Source of the DNA: Eledone cirrhosa
Lineage: Eukaryota
Length of the DNA: 64,000 nucleotides
Direction of reading: 5' to 3'
NCBI GenBank assembly: GCA_964016885.1
Contig: OZ024742.1
Location: 266,352,001-266,416,000 of the forward strand
Shown: positions 12,493 through 26,608 of the stretch, piece after piece
Layout of the letters: each line of letters begins with the position of its first letter
How positions within the stretch are numbered: position 1 is the stretch's first letter
Program-made: the position numbers and the translations under genes
Notes under the pieces: generated by a model
The model's database searches: none
What the model saw: only the letters and a program-made list of their open reading frames with translations
Told to the model about the DNA's origin: nothing

Positions 12493-14139
12493 GTATGGCA
12501 TAAAACTGCAGCTAAGCACTTCCCCATCTCTATCAATGGGTGTTCATAGGTAGATGAAGACCTAGGTGTGTCTGTATAATATAATGAAATATTTTTTATG
12601 AGTGTATGTATATGTAGATAGATGAAAGCCCAGGTATAATAATAATCTCTTTATTAGCTACAAGGGCTGAAAGACAGGGAACTCTCAGTGGTGTTAAGGT
12701 GCTACATAAATATGTGGAAAAGGAAAATATCGAAACAAAAGATAACAATAAAAACAAAACAATTGCCAACTAAGAAAATTTCCCAAAAAGCTGCACAGCT
12801 ACATAGGGCCAATCATGGAACCCAATAGATCTTGAATTACCCTGACTATCAAGGCAAATTCCCTTTCTTTGTTGTTGTTTTCCTTACCCACAATTCAGTG
12901 AATGATGATAGTAATCTTTTCTTTATTCAGAAATGAACCTTTTTCTCCCCCCCTCCCCCCCATATTCTGTTTCTTCCTTCTCTGTCACTGTCCTTATCAT
13001 CCCTGCATCATTACCATTAAGATACCATACTCCGTTGCTGTTCTTGGCCTTCAGTTTCAGCAGTCTCTCACTACTTCATTGTTACTTTCATGTCTTGCTG
13101 AATCTATTCTTGTATATTTGGTGATAAGAGTAGATGAGGTAGTGTGGTGATGGTGGTAATGGTTGTGGAATGGAGGGCGGTTTACACTTATGCACAGATG
13201 TGCACAGCTACCCAACTACTTACACACAAACATTGTATGTATAAATTATTTATGTGAATACAGAAATAGATATTTAGTAGTTATATCAAAAATATTTCTT
13301 TTGTGAAAAATAATTAGGGGCTCAATAAAAATGAAAGGAAAATGTAAGTTTAGAAAGATAATATGATGATTAAGTGCAGGTGCTGAAGAAAGTAATGGAA
13401 GATAGTAATGGCAGTGAGTAATGGAAGAGAGATAATGATGGCATTCATCACTCTCTCTTATCATTATATATCTTTATAGTAACAGAGACGGATGATAGTA
13501 AGAGAGAGTGATGGATGTCACAGTAAAATGCACCCAGTAGACTCTGTAAAGAGGTTAGTGCTAGGAGGAGCTTCCAGGAAGAGAAACCATGCAAACAGTG
13601 GAACATAGAAGTGAGATAGATGTTCATCTAAGGGGGCAGTAACACTGAGTGGGAAATAATTCAGACTGTCACAATCCATCCATGGATAACAAATGTAAAA
13701 TGATGCTGTTTATGAACATGTACTTTATTTTTTCTGAATATTACCATATATATATGTAAGCATCACAAAATAATCATTAAAATGGCAGAGAAGCAGAATA
13801 AAATGTGCAATATATTTAAAGAGTAGAGGGGCTCTTTAGTCATGCCAAGAACAAGGCAATATCATGAGTGCTAATGCAACCATAAAATGTAGTCAGTACA
13901 TAAAAATCAAGCCAAAAATTGAAGAGAAGACTCATTAGCACCAAGGACAAGATGACCTTTTTAATGCTGATGCTACACTCCATAAGGTGGTTAGTGTTAG
14001 GAAAGGTATCCAGGCTTAGAAACTATGCCAAAATGGAATGTGAGTGAGATATGGTTCTCTAATCCATCTAGGAGAACATAAACCCTGATAAAATACTGAT
14101 TTGGTCTGTATTGACACATCCAATACATGTGTATATATA

Positions 14140-15762
14140 TATCATCACCATTTAACATACATTTTCCATGCTTGCATGGGTTAGATGAGTCGTCCACATC
14201 GAGAGACAAATCTGACCAGAATTGGGACTGTAAATTTGGCTGAGGTTTTTACAGTTAGATGCCCTTCTTAACAACCAACCACATTTACAGTGTGAAATTG
14301 GCTGCCATTGCTATGAGGAGGGACAGGCCAGTTGGCCACACTGAGTCCTTCTCACAGTGGAAACATAGTTTTGGAGCTGTAACCACATTTACAGTGTAGA
14401 ACTGGATGGCACAGTTATGAGAAGGGGCATGCCAGTTGGCCTAGCCGTACCCTGCTCACAGTGGAACCATGCTTTTTGAGCCAGTTGGCCATGTCAAGCC
14501 TTACTCATAAAAAGAGTTATGTTACTGGGTGGGCTTGCCATCGACCAAGTTTGGGGTTGAGTTGTTAACACGGGTCTTTTGTCATACGTTGTAGCACCAG
14601 AGGACTCGGTCCTGTGTCATCCTCATTGGGAGATTCAGTTGAGTTAGATTCATCTTCATCGTTTCATCCCATGTCTTCCTGGGTCTTCCTCTTTTGGGGT
14701 ATCCTGCAACCTCTAAAGCTCTGTACCTTTTTAAACAGCTGTCATCCTTCATGTGCATCATGTGACCATACCACTGCAGTCTTTTCTCTTGCACACAGCA
14801 TTTAACCCTCTTATGCCCAGTTTTGCTCTCAATACATTTACATTTTATCATTCACGCAAACTTGTTACATATACATCTGATCTTGCAGGCTTCGCTTCTT
14901 TCCAATCTCCGTAGGTCTTTGGCATGCAGAGCCTATGTTTCGCTTCTATGTAACATTGCTGAGCGCATACACAGGCATTGTACAGCCTGCCTTTTATTTT
15001 GAGTGAGAGACCTTTTGTAGTTAGTAGTGGCAGTAGCTCCCTGAACTTTTTTCATCCTGTTCTTATTCTAGCAACTGTTCTTTCTGAGCAACCCCCTCTG
15101 AACCTGATTAGGTTGCCCAGATAGCAGAAGCTATCAACTATTTCTATGAGTCTTCTGTGCAATTGAAGGTGCATGCTACCTGAGGGTCTTTGCTAACTAT
15201 CCCTGTACAGGGTTCACATATGAAGTCTGTGGTTTTTGCTACCTACCTGTTTTCCCACTACATCTCTTGTATACCCACTGTTTGCATTTAGAACACTGGA
15301 TTGAGTTTCTGCCTACTCCTTTCCTGCATAATGAGCAGGGCCATTTCCCGGAGGCTATCAGAGCCCTGTTTCCTTTTCTGTACACAAGGATTTTGGTCTT
15401 AGCCAGGTTGACATTGAGGCCTTTTATTTCTAAGTTGTGCCTACATATCTTAAATTCCTCAGTAGGACAAAAATGAAGGGGAGGCGGGCTAAGGACAGAA
15501 CCCTGGCGAACCCGCACCTGTATGCTGAATTCTTCACTGTATTCATTGTTGATTTTAATTTGGCTGGTGGCCCCTCTGTACATGACCTCTCACAAGCTAC
15601 TCATCTATATCTTGTTTTCTGGGGGGCCTACCATATTATAGGTCGAGGGACTCTGTCAAAAGCTTTCTCTAGGTTCACGAATGCTAGGTAGAGTGGCTTA
15701 CATTTAGCTAAGTACTTCTGCATTTGCCTCACAAGGAAGAGGGCATCGGTGGTGCTTTCCAT
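14140..15762 (-). mobile_element. older, degenerate RTE LINE copy
   Basis: RQGSVLSP, GKWPCSLCRKGVGRNSIQC, LQWYGHMMHM, GRPRKTW; tail motif at 14143-14190. Confidence 0.88.
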
Positions 15763-15781
15763 CAGGGACGCTGCAATTCAC

Positions 15782-15868
15782 TTCTACAGCCAAGTAAACT
15801 GAAGCAACGGGAAATAAAGTGTCTTGCTCAAGGACACAATACAACACCCAATATAAGAATTGAACTCA
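15782..15868 (-). mobile_element. tRNA-derived SINE fragment
   Basis: gaaataaagtgtcttgctcaaggacacaa, shared with 19262-19322, 61897-62000 (opposite strand) and 63830-64000. Confidence 0.7.
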
Positions 15869-15879
15869 ATGTATCATAT

Positions 15880-15921
<42 letters not shown>

Positions 15922-16082
15922 GGAGGAGGTTATAGTTCACTTGAAGCATTGTGTAATGAGGTATAAACGTTTGTATATGTATAATAAAGCCAAAACAATG
16001 CAGGTATGGACATAGAATAAAGAATGCAAATGCAAAAGATATTGTTGACAATTAGTCTTTTACCTTAGATTTATTTAAATGT

Positions 16083-16117
16083 CCTTAATTTTCGAGATAA
16101 TATTTCTTCTTCGGAGG
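16083..16117 (-). ncRNA. minimal type-I hammerhead motif (CCGA variant)
   Basis: minus: cct CCGAAGA a gaaata-t-tatctc GAAA at TA agg. Confidence 0.62.
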
Positions 16118-16243
16118 GAAGTAAAGCAGTTAAACCAGTGTTCTAAATAGCTTGCCAAGTCATGCTGACAGGAAATAGTGTACCATTTCCTGTCAGCATG
16201 ACTTGGCAAGCTATTTAGAACACTGGTTTAACCACTTTACTTC

Positions 16244-16278
16244 CCTCCGAAGAAGAGATATTATCTCAAAAATTAAGG
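16244..16278 (+). ncRNA. mirror hammerhead motif with GAAA>AAAA core change
   Basis: cct CCGAAGA a gagata-t-tatctc AAAA at TA agg; aataaa 8 nt downstream. Confidence 0.5.
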
Positions 16279-16491
16279 ACATTTAAATAAATCTAAGGTG
16301 AAAGAGTAATTGTCAACAATATCTTTTGCATTTGCATTCTATATTCTATGTCCATACCTGCATTGTTTTGGCTTTATTATACATATACAAACGTTTATAT
16401 ATATATATATGTATATATATACACATCTATATATGTATATATGTATATATATATATATGTATATATGTATATATATATATATGTATATATG

Positions 16492-16557
<66 letters not shown>

Positions 16558-16635
16558 AATGAGAGGTATAGAGATCGTTTTAGCAAGAAGCTAACGGCAT
16601 TCTATAACATATATGCGACTATATATATATATGTA

Positions 16636-16708
<73 letters not shown>

Positions 16709-16709
16709 G

Positions 16710-16740
<31 letters not shown>

Positions 16741-16741
16741 G

Positions 16742-16774
<33 letters not shown>

Positions 16775-16791
16775 GTGTATATATATATATG

Positions 16792-16907
<116 letters not shown>

Positions 16908-16909
16908 TA

Positions 16910-17565
16910 TGTCTGGCGGGTTTTCTACAGCTGGATGCCCTTCCTAACACCAACCACATTTACAGTGTGGGACTGGGAGGTTTTTACCGTGTTGCCTACA
17001 CGGCCACATTACAGCGTGGACTGTGTGTTTTTTTGTCGTGACACCTACACGATCTCATTTGTTTCGGCCTGGATGTTGTGGCACCAACATAAATTTACAT
17101 TGAAAGGGGCGGCGTGGATGGGGTGGGGGTGGTGCGACGGGGGTGTATTTTGTTAGAGATGCCCACTGACTGTAGTAGGTTTTACTTTGTATTTAGGTAA
17201 GGCGGGTCTTCTCTATTACTGAGTACCGCCAAAGATCTCGGTCCAGTGACGTTGTCTTGGAGAGGTGTAAGTGTGTGAGGTCGGAATTTATCAGGTCGTC
17301 CCAGGTTTTTCTGGGTCTGCCTACTCCGTGGCTACCGTCTATCTTTATTGCCCTGCACTTTTTTATACAGCTGTCGTCTTTCATGCGCATCACGTGACCA
17401 TACCAACGTAGCCTTCTCTCGAGTAAACAACATCTGATCCCTCTTATTTCTAATTTTTCCTTTAGTTCGTTTATGCTTTGCCGTTCATGTATTACTATTA
17501 CACATCCAGCGGAGCATTCAAGCTTCGTTCCTCTCTAGTCTGCGTATATCCTCTGCACACAATGC
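16910..17565 (-). mobile_element. RTE LINE fragment
   Basis: [15 protein letters not shown]...GRPRKTW plus 3'UTR; both ends run into TA/TATG tracts. Confidence 0.92.
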
Positions 17566-17570
17566 ATATG

Positions 17571-17621
<51 letters not shown>

Positions 17622-17828
17622 GTATATATATATGTATATATATATGTATATATATATGTATATATATATGTATATATATATGTATATATATATGTATATA
17701 TATATGTATATATATATATGTATATATATATGTATATATATATGTATATATATATATATGTATATATATATGTATATATGTCATCATCATCATCATCATA
17801 TATATATATATATGTATATATATATATG

Positions 17829-17875
<47 letters not shown>

Positions 17876-17948
17876 GTATATATGTATATATATATATGTA
17901 TATATGTATATGTATATATATGTATGTGTATATATATATATATGGATA

Positions 17949-17979
<31 letters not shown>

Positions 17980-18028
17980 ATGTATATATATGTATATGTA
18001 TATATATATATGTATATATATATATATG

Positions 18029-18164
<136 letters not shown>

Positions 18165-18384
18165 TATATATATATATGTCGTGTCTATAGTCTGCCTTTC
18201 ATAGGTTATAGATTCCATACACTGATGGTTTTTTCCCTGTATTATTGATAACGCACTATATATCTCTCTCTGGTGTGTTACCTTCTCAACATATTATATT
18301 TTAAAGGGCTCAGGATCTCTTCCCCTTTGAGCACATTATTTACAGGGAATAACGACGGCCTATGCCTCCGTTAATTTATCGTGG

Positions 18385-18432
<48 letters not shown>

Positions 18433-18436
18433 TGTA

Positions 18437-18965
18437 TATTTATTAAAATAACAGATTAAAGTTTAAGCAAAGAATCGCTGCTATCCCATTTACGTGGTTT
18501 TGTCTTTGCGTGCTATTGTTCTCCACGCTCCACATATGACTTATTATCTTCGTTTTTTCGTTCATTGCAGAGAACGTCTCTATGCACCACCTAAGAGAAC
18601 ATTAGTCTACGACCACTTTTATATCATAAACGTGGTTCTGTCTTTGCGTGTAATTGTTTTTCACCGCTCCTATTAATGACGTATTATTCGTTTTTTCCCG
18701 TTCTTTGCCAGCGAACGTTTCCACGAACCAAAGTATCGTCTTCCTGTCTTCCTCCGGTTGCAACGTTTTTTGAAATATCCAGTTCTGCGTTTACAGATTG
18801 ACTTTGTTAGTTTCAGAAGATCCCGTTAAGGGTGAAAGCAGCGATTCTTTGCTTAAACTTTAATCTGTTATTTTAATAAATATTTGCTCTACGGTTCTTA
18901 TATATTTGATATATATTTTCATTATCGAGCCCTCTTTGGATTTTAGTCTTCAATTTTATTATTAT
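18437..18965 (+). mobile_element. hammerhead-bearing element with a 46-bp inverted copy at the left end and an internal ~140-bp tandem duplication
   Basis: 18437-18482 is the reverse complement of 18837-18882; acgtggtt(t/c)tgtctttgcgtg occurs at 18492 and 18630. Confidence 0.7.
18809..18859 (+). ncRNA. hammerhead-like motif (CAGAAGA core variant)
   Basis: agttt CAGAAGA tccc-gttaa-gggt GAAA gca-gcgattctt-tgc TT aaact. Confidence 0.55.
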
Positions 18966-18975
18966 TACATATATG

Positions 18976-19023
<48 letters not shown>

Positions 19024-19139
19024 CATATATGTATATGTATATATATATGTATATATATATGTATATATATATGTATATATATATGTATATATATATATGT
19101 ATATATATATGTATATATATATATATGTATATATATATG

Positions 19140-19170
<31 letters not shown>

Positions 19171-19332
19171 GTATATATATATCATCATCATTCATCATTT
19201 CATTTTACGTCCGCTTTTTCCCTGCTTGCAAGGGTGGGACGGGAACTGATGCTGGCTTGATTTCTACAGCTGAGTAAACTGGAGCAATGTGAAATAAAGT
19301 GTCTTGCTCAAGGAAACAACACATCATATATG

Positions 19333-19395
<63 letters not shown>

Positions 19396-19476
19396 GTATA
19401 TGTATATATATATGCATATATATATATGTATATATATGTATATGTATATATATATGTATATATATATATATGTATA

Positions 19477-19539
<63 letters not shown>

Positions 19540-19710
19540 GTATATGTATATATGTATATATATGTATATGTATATATGTATATATATGTATGTATATATA
19601 TGTATATGTACATATGTATATATATGTATATATATGTATATATATGTATATATATATATGTATATATATGTATATATATATATGTATATATATATATGTA
19701 TATATATGTA

Positions 19711-20129
19711 GAAGTTCTATTTAAAGTTTTGGGATACAACAAGCAAATATTTTTATAACTTATATAAAGCACTCAACAGATATTGGAGTAAAAATACGAT
19801 ATATTAACAAATGGAAACTATATTTATAAAAGCATATTTATTTCATTATACATATTTCAAGGACACATATGTTTAAATCTACTGTGATTTAAACATATCC
19901 GACACTAATTTGCATAATAGACTAAATAAATTTAATAACCCCACTATCCGAGAGCTTCCAACAGAAATGGTCGCATTCTTTAAGGGTATGTCAATATTTA
20001 TTTATAAAACTGATCTATATTATATTTTATCTGATGAAAGCGCACCATAATTTGACTTGGTGTCCTTGAAATGTGTATAATGAAATAAACATGGTTTTAT
20101 AAATATAGTTTCCATTTGTTAATATATCG

Positions 20130-20130
<1 letters not shown>
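19711..20130 (+). mobile_element. second copy of the 3021-3278 element with an internal inverted copy of its own 3' end
   Basis: 19795-19866 is the reverse complement of 20060-20131. Confidence 0.75.
20025..20085 (+). ncRNA. type-I hammerhead ribozyme motif
   Basis: ttttat CTGATGA aagcgcacca-loop-tggtgtcctt GAAA tgtgta TA atgaaa(taaa). Confidence 0.68.
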
Positions 20131-20188
<58 letters not shown>

Positions 20189-20191
20189 GTA

Positions 20192-20257
<66 letters not shown>

Positions 20258-20258
<1 letters not shown>

Positions 20259-21137
20259 CATCATCATCATCATCATCATCATCAACGTTTAACATCCGTG
20301 TTCCACGCTTGCATGGGTTTGGACGGGGGTTTTCCCACTTGAGGCAAGAGTGATTGTCTTGCTCGCATAGGACTGTCTGGCAGGTTTTCTACAGTTGGAT
20401 GCCCTTCCTAACACCAACCACATTTACAGTGTGGGTCTGGGAGGTTTTTACCGTGTTGCCTACACGGCCACATTACAGCGTGGACTGTGTGTTTTTTTGT
20501 CGTGACACCTAGACGATCTCATTTGTTTCGGCCTGGATGGTGTGGCACCGACATAACTTTACATAGAAGGGGGCGGTGTGGATGGGGTGGGGGTGGTGCG
20601 ACGGGGGTGTATTTTGTTAGAGATGCCTACTGACTGGAGTAGGTTTTACTTTGTATTTAGGTAAGGCGGGTCTTCTCTATTACTGAGTACCGCCAAAGGT
20701 CTCGGTCCAGTGACATTGTCTTGGTGAGGTGTAAGTGTGTGAGGTCGGAGTTTATCAGCTCGTCCCAGGTTTTTCTGGGTCTGCCTATTCCGTGGCTACC
20801 GTCTATCTTTATTGCCCTGCACTTTGTTATACAGCTATCGTCCTTCATGCGCATCACGTGACCATACCAACGTAGCCTTCTCTCTAGTAAACAACATCTG
20901 ATCCCTCTTATTTCTAATTTTTTCCTTAGTTCGTTTATGCTTTGTCGTTCACGTATATTACTATTACACATCCAGCGGAGCATGCAAGCTTCGTTTCTCT
21001 CTAGTCTGCGTATATCCTCTGCACACAATGCCCAGGTCTCACTGCCATGCAACATTGCTGTTCGTATGCAGGCATCGTACAGCCTGCCTTTCATTTTTAG
21101 GGAGAACCCTTTAGCGGCTAATAGTGGTATAAGCTCT
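20258..21137 (-). mobile_element. RTE LINE 5'-truncated copy with complete tail
   Basis: uninterrupted C-terminal frame 20657-21137; (CAT)n on + at 20258. Confidence 0.93.
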
Positions 21138-21189
<52 letters not shown>

Positions 21190-21190
21190 G

Positions 21191-21223
<33 letters not shown>

Positions 21224-21318
21224 GTATATATATGTATATGTATGTATATACGTATATGTATGTATATATATATGTATATGTATGTATATATATGTATATA
21301 TATGTATGTATATATATG

Positions 21319-21351
<33 letters not shown>

Positions 21352-21504
21352 GTATATATATGTACATGTATGTATATATATGTATATGTATGTATATATA
21401 TGTATATGTATGTATATATATGTATATGTATGTATATATATGTATATATATGTATATATATATATATATATGTATATATATGTATATATGTATATATATA
21501 TGTA

Positions 21505-21893
21505 TCTTGCCTCAAGTGGGACTACCCCCGTCCAAACCCATGCAAGCGTGGAACACGGACGTTAAACGTTGATGATGATGATGATGATGATATATATGTA
21601 TATATATATGTATATATATGTATATATGTATATATGTATATATATGTGTAGGTGTCACGTCAAAAAAAGACACAGTTCACGCTGTAATGTGGCCGTGTAG
21701 GCAACACGGTAAAAACCTCCCAGCCCCACACTGTAAATGTGGTTGGTGTTAGGAAGGGCATCCAGCTGTAGAAAACCCGCCAGATAGTCCTATGCGAGCA
21801 AGATAATCACTCTTGCCTCAAGTGGGAAACCCCCGTCCAAACCCATGCAAGCGTGGAACACGGACGTTAAACGTTGATGATGATGATGATGAT
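21505..21893 (+). mobile_element. two RTE 3'UTR/tail fragments (21505-21590, 21647-21893)
   Basis: tail motif plus (GAT)n twice. Confidence 0.88.
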
Positions 21894-21918
21894 GAGTATA
21901 TATATATATATATGTATG

Positions 21919-21949
<31 letters not shown>

Positions 21950-21951
<2 letters not shown>

Positions 21952-22290
21952 CATCATCATCATCATCATCACCGTTTTACGTCCGTTCTTCCACGCTAGC
22001 ATGGGTTAGACGGGTTGTCCTGTTGTGTGCAGTGTCTGGTCGGCTGACCATGCCTTGCTCATACAGGAACTGATCTGGCTTGATTTCTACAGCTGGATGC
22101 CCTTCCTAACACCAACCTCATGTACAGTGAGTGCTGGGTGCTTTTTCGTGGCGCCTACACGTCCACTTTACAGTGTGGGCTGGGTGCTTTTTTGCCGTGG
22201 CACCTCCACGACCACCTTGCGGTAGGGGGTGTGGGGGCATATTGTTTATATGCTTCAGCATGTACCCATGGGAGGTCGGGTACTCTGTAT
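21950..22290 (-). mobile_element. RTE 3'UTR, second tail subfamily
   Basis: ccatgctagcgtggaagaacggacgtaaaacggt(gat)n; homologous to 25850-26178 (+) and 33641-33750 (-). Confidence 0.8.
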
Positions 22291-22431
22291 ATATGTATAT
22301 ATATGTATATATATATATATGTATATGTATATATATATATATGTATATATATGTATATATGTATATATATGTATATATATATATGTATATATATATATAT
22401 GTATATATATGTATATATATATATATATGTG

Positions 22432-22480
<49 letters not shown>

Positions 22481-22521
22481 GTATATATATATATGTATAT
22501 ATATATATATGTATATATATG

Positions 22522-23412
<891 letters not shown>

Positions 23413-24232
23413 ATTTCTTAGTGGTATCTCTGCTTTAATTTCTCGTATATCAGTATTTATTATTTTTTTGGGGTGGGTAAGTGTGTGTGTGTGTGTGTGG
23501 GGGGGGGGGGATTCTGAATTAATTTTCCGTATCAAATTTTTCATAAACTTCGTACGAGCATTTATGTAGTTTGCACTAGAATATTTGTATCGTAGCGGCA
23601 CCCTTAGAGATAGTATTAGTATTCATTTTCGGGATTCTGAATTATTATTTCGTATTAGTTTATTTTTTGCACTGGGTGGTTGCTGGCCTTGTGCCTAGGG
23701 TAGAAAAAATTATTTCGTATTAGTTTCGGGACTCTGAATTATTATTTTGTGGTAGTTTCTTTAGTTTTTGGCCCCCCACTTGTTGACCTGTCACCGTAAG
23801 ATATATTCAGTTGATTACTACTAACTATTAAAATGGTTTCATTACAATTCCGTCCCACCTAGTAAACTTTTCTATAGTTTAGCAGTACCAGTGAGAGACT
23901 TGATGACTGTCGTTAGGGAATGGTAACCAGAAATTGTGTTTTTATATTTTTAACATTCTTGGTATTCTTCATATATATTTACTCCATATTGATTTACTTA
24001 TTGTTTCGACTTTCTCCCCCTCCCCTCCCTAGTATACTTGCTTGACCTCTTGCCCTGCTGTAGTTGGCACTATCAACGCACGACTGGGTTTCCTCCACTC
24101 CCTCTCCCTCTTTCTTCTACTGGCAGGTTCAGCTACCCCTTCCTTCCACAAATTGCCATGATAGTATTATGTGTCTCAACAACAAACTTTTGACCAATCC
24201 TTGTGACAATCACTTTTACCATATATGGAATT

Positions 24233-24328
24233 ACCCCCTGAGAAGCTCGGCTATTCATATACCAGGATAAAAATTTTCATTTAGTCCAGAATTAGCCGTC
24301 GAAACGGCTTGAGCTCAGCCGTCGGGGT
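24233..24328 (+). ncRNA. type-I hammerhead motif with long stem III (core CTGAGAA, imperfect)
   Basis: acccc CTGAGAA gctcggctattc...gaattagccgtc GAAA cggct-tgagctc-agccg TC ggggt; element continues to ~24421; truncated copies at 4830 and 25051. Confidence 0.6.
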
Positions 24329-24549
24329 CCTACTCGTTCCTATTACCCACTCTACTACCCTAAGTATTGAGTACTTTGGTGCGTTATGGTCCACCTGGTT
24401 CCTTACCACATTTCCTTCGTTATATATATATATATATACTGTAGTATAAGTTTGGTAGAAATATCCAAGAGTAAGAGCACTCAGTCCATAGGACAAGTTA
24501 AGTATAATTAGTTACAACAGTGACATATACCAGTACTTAAGTTTCGTAA

Positions 24550-24900
24550 CCACTGGTCTCATCCTAAAGAGGATTTTAGAGGAAGCTAGAACAAAGAGCT
24601 TTCCTGCTGTGATGGTTTTCATTGACTTCAGGAAGGCCTTTGATTCTGTGGACTGAGACTAATGAAGATTTTACTGACTTATGGAATTCCCAAGAAGATA
24701 GTGGTCCCGATATCCCTGCTCTACACCAACACCATAGCCCAAGTCATCACACCTGATGGGATTTTAGATACTGGTTGGAGTGCTCCAGGGTGATATATTG
24801 GCTCCCTACCTTTTCATCATTGCAGTAGACTATTGTATGCACCTTGCACTAGAGTAACACCAGGACTTGGGCTTCACTGTAACACTGGCTCAGAACAGTT
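24550..24900 (+). pseudogene. non-LTR RT fragment (RTE/RTE-X-like)
   Basis: VMVFIDFRKAFDSV, LTYGIPKKIV, GVLQGDILAPYLFIIAVDY. Confidence 0.82.
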
Positions 24901-25108
24901 AAGGCTAAAAAGACATCAGATGGATACTGTGTCAATGAGTGTGGGGCTGAGAAAGAATGATATGCTTCAATATGCAAGCTCGTCTCCTATGGGGTAGGAA
25001 TGCCTCCCAATTCCTTCTTATATTTACCACATTTAAAAAAAACTCTTACTTTAGTCCAGAAATAGCCATCGAAACGGCTTGAGCTCTGCCGTCAGGGTCA
25101 TACTTTCT

Positions 25109-25187
<79 letters not shown>

Positions 25188-25364
25188 TATATATATATAT
25201 TTATTTTGTAATATTTGTCACAAATAAATATAAATAGGGATGTACAAATGAAATGGTCTTTCTTGTTTATCATTATAATAGAACTCCTGATGAACAAAAA
25301 TGTGGAATGCTTTACATCTGTTAAGAAAAATTCAGCAGATTTTCAATCAACCAGGTTTCTTCAA

Positions 25365-25476
25365 TTTCCGTTCATTGTCTTGTCCTTTCTTTGTTAATTT
25401 TCTTAAGTTTATATATATATATATATATATAAACTTAAGAAAATTAACAAAGAAAGGACAAGACAATGAACGGAAA
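25365..25476. repeat. perfect hairpin centred on (TA)n
   Basis: ~45-bp arms tttccgttcattgtcttgtcc... / ...ggacaagacaatgaacggaaa. Confidence 0.92.
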
Positions 25477-25786
25477 CAAAACAAAACTAAAACCAATTTT
25501 TTAAGGGGAAACCTTAAAAAATTATTTTTTAAAAATAAATGTACAAACAAAAGAGACAGAACTCCATGGTCATTGGCTGTTGAGATAAACTTAGGAAGTT
25601 TCGACCCCTATGAACAGTACTGGTGGTCTGTCCAAGATTACAGCGTCTAACATGACAAATACTGTCCAAAAGAGTAAGAGATGAAAGACAAAGTAAGATA
25701 TCGTGTTAAAAAATGTAAGCCATTACAATAAATGGGGGAGAAGAGATAAACACAGTTCTACTTCTGTAGAAGCCATTTCTATATAT

Positions 25787-25849
<63 letters not shown>

Positions 25850-25851
<2 letters not shown>

Positions 25852-26178
25852 CAGCACTCACTGTAGAAATGAGATGAGAGGGACTGGGGTCCCTATCATT
25901 CCACTGCAAAGTGGTTGTGGAGGTGCCACAGCAAAAAAGCGCCCAGCACACACACACTGTAAAGTGGACGTGTAGGCGCCACGGAAAAAAGCATCCAGCA
26001 CTCACTGTAAATGAGGTTGGTGTTAGGAAGGGCATCCAGCTGTAGAAATCAAGCCAGAATCAGTTCCCGTATGAGCAAGACAAGGTCAGCCGACTGGACA
26101 CTGCTCACAACAGGACAACCCGTCTAACCCATGCTAGCGTGTAAGAACGGACGTAAAACAGTGATGATGATGATGATG
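25850..26178 (+). mobile_element. RTE 3'UTR, second tail subfamily
   Basis: ggtgttaggaagggcatccagctgtagaaa motif and (GAT)n tail. Confidence 0.8.
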
Positions 26179-26211
26179 ATATATGCATACATATATATAT
26201 ATATATATATA

Positions 26212-26279
<68 letters not shown>

Positions 26280-26280
26280 C

Positions 26281-26312
<32 letters not shown>

Positions 26313-26319
26313 CATATAT

Positions 26320-26536
26320 AATTAGAAAATATATAGCTTTCACCGTATTTTTAACTAAAGGAATTTTAGCTTGATAACGGGGTTTAGAACCCTCAGATAA
26401 ATGGAAAAAGATGTGGGTTCGACTCCCATGTACGTCAATACTCATCTTTTTCCATTTATCTGAGGGTTCTAAACCCCGTTATCAAGCTAAAATTCCTTTA
26501 GTTAAAAATACGGTGAAAGCTATATACTTTCTAATT
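26320..26536. repeat. palindrome with ~94-bp arms and a ~29-nt loop
   Basis: arms 26320-26413 / 26443-26536 are nearly identical reverse complements. Confidence 0.93.
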
Positions 26537-26574
26537 TCAAACTCGCTCACTGTTTCAAAACATACTTACTTGCC

Positions 26575-26607
<33 letters not shown>

Positions 26608-26608
<1 letters not shown>

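Larger units (their letters stand above)
15962..16399. repeat. fold-back palindrome (~215-bp arms, ~8-nt loop near 16180)
   Basis: arms differ at a few positions; peptide [10 protein letters not shown] appears on both strands in the ORF track. Confidence 0.95.

Noticed and set aside
18220-18385. ctgatgg followed by a long ttccctgta/tacagggaa stem
   Set aside because: Both core halves deviate; cannot be supported without a consensus.
25580-25645. Minus-strand gtcGAAActtcctaagtt possible hammerhead 3' half
   Set aside because: 5' core and stem I not identifiable.
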